Shown in pieces: positions 23,542 to 23,751 of a stretch of DNA of 23,751 nucleotides. Source of the stretch: Trueperaceae bacterium. Lineage in GTDB: Bacteria; Deinococcota; Deinococci; Deinococcales; Trueperaceae. The position numbers and the translations under genes are program-made. Within the stretch, counting starts at the first letter, position 1; each line of letters begins with the position of its first letter. The notes under the pieces are model-generated. The model made no database searches and was not told the DNA's origin. It saw only the letters and a list, made by a program, of their open reading frames with translations. The stretch covers positions 1 to 23,751 of the forward strand of contig CBDCDZ010000003.1 of NCBI GenBank assembly GCA_965215565.1, given 5' to 3'.

Positions 23542-23751
23542 ATGGTTACTTGGAAACTACGCGACTACCTAGACGCGCACAACGTCAGCGCCTACGCCCT
23601 CAGCAAGTCAACCGACCTAGCACCCAGCACTGTCTACGCCCTTGCACGCGGCGACCAGGGCCGGGTAGACCTAGCGGTGCTCGACAAAGTGCTAGCAGCT
23701 TTAGAGCAGCTCACCGGGCAAACCGTGACGTTTAACGACCTGTTAGAACGT
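23542..23751 (+). CDS. XRE-HTH antitoxin, 5' part (truncated by the window end)
   Basis: Identical to 1551-1760. Confidence 0.8.
   Translation, partial: MVTWKLRDYLDAHNVSAYALSKSTDLAPSTVYALARGDQGRVDLAVLDKVLAALEQLTGQTVTFNDLLER

Larger units (their letters stand above)
1..23751. repeat. Head-to-tail tandem repeat, period 10,996 bp, about 2.16 copies (concatemer of a circular element)
   Basis: Junctions at 10997/10998 and 21993/21994; ORF track duplicated at a constant offset; third copy truncated at 23751 (equivalent to position 1760). Confidence 0.98.

Overview
The window is about 2.16 head-to-tail copies of one 10,996-bp unit (1-10997, 10998-21993, 21994-23751). The only differences I found are two single-base indels, both near the window ends, so this is most likely a small circular replicon assembled or sequenced as a concatemer. 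Leaderless-type promoters, the gene families and CTCGAG enrichment suggest a Deinococcota-like host (inference). The unit encodes a Pro/Thr-linker lipoprotein, a divergent small gene, an XRE-HTH/acidic antitoxin with a MazF/PemK toxin, a winged-helix protein, and a MerR-HTH/coiled-coil candidate partition protein. It also has a ~6.8-kb translationally coupled operon: Xis-like HTH, two DUF3102-like genes, a 1168-aa TOPRIM primase/UL9-like SF2 helicase Rep, two Zn-ribbon proteins, a 103-aa helical protein and five small proteins. No integrase, relaxase or capsid gene is recognisable. The most striking feature is the array of five small genes (9078-10312): each begins with a related 33-nt/11-aa 'M-x-x-x-x-R-L-[DE]-[RK]-L-E' tag on a different body, and the same motif closes the upstream 103-aa protein. 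Also notable are a perfect 14-bp inverted repeat around an AT-rich spacer inside rep (candidate origin), a candidate ~55-nt antisense RNA at the head of the rep operon, and paired 14-bp-spaced GAGTnnATA repeats after the operon.
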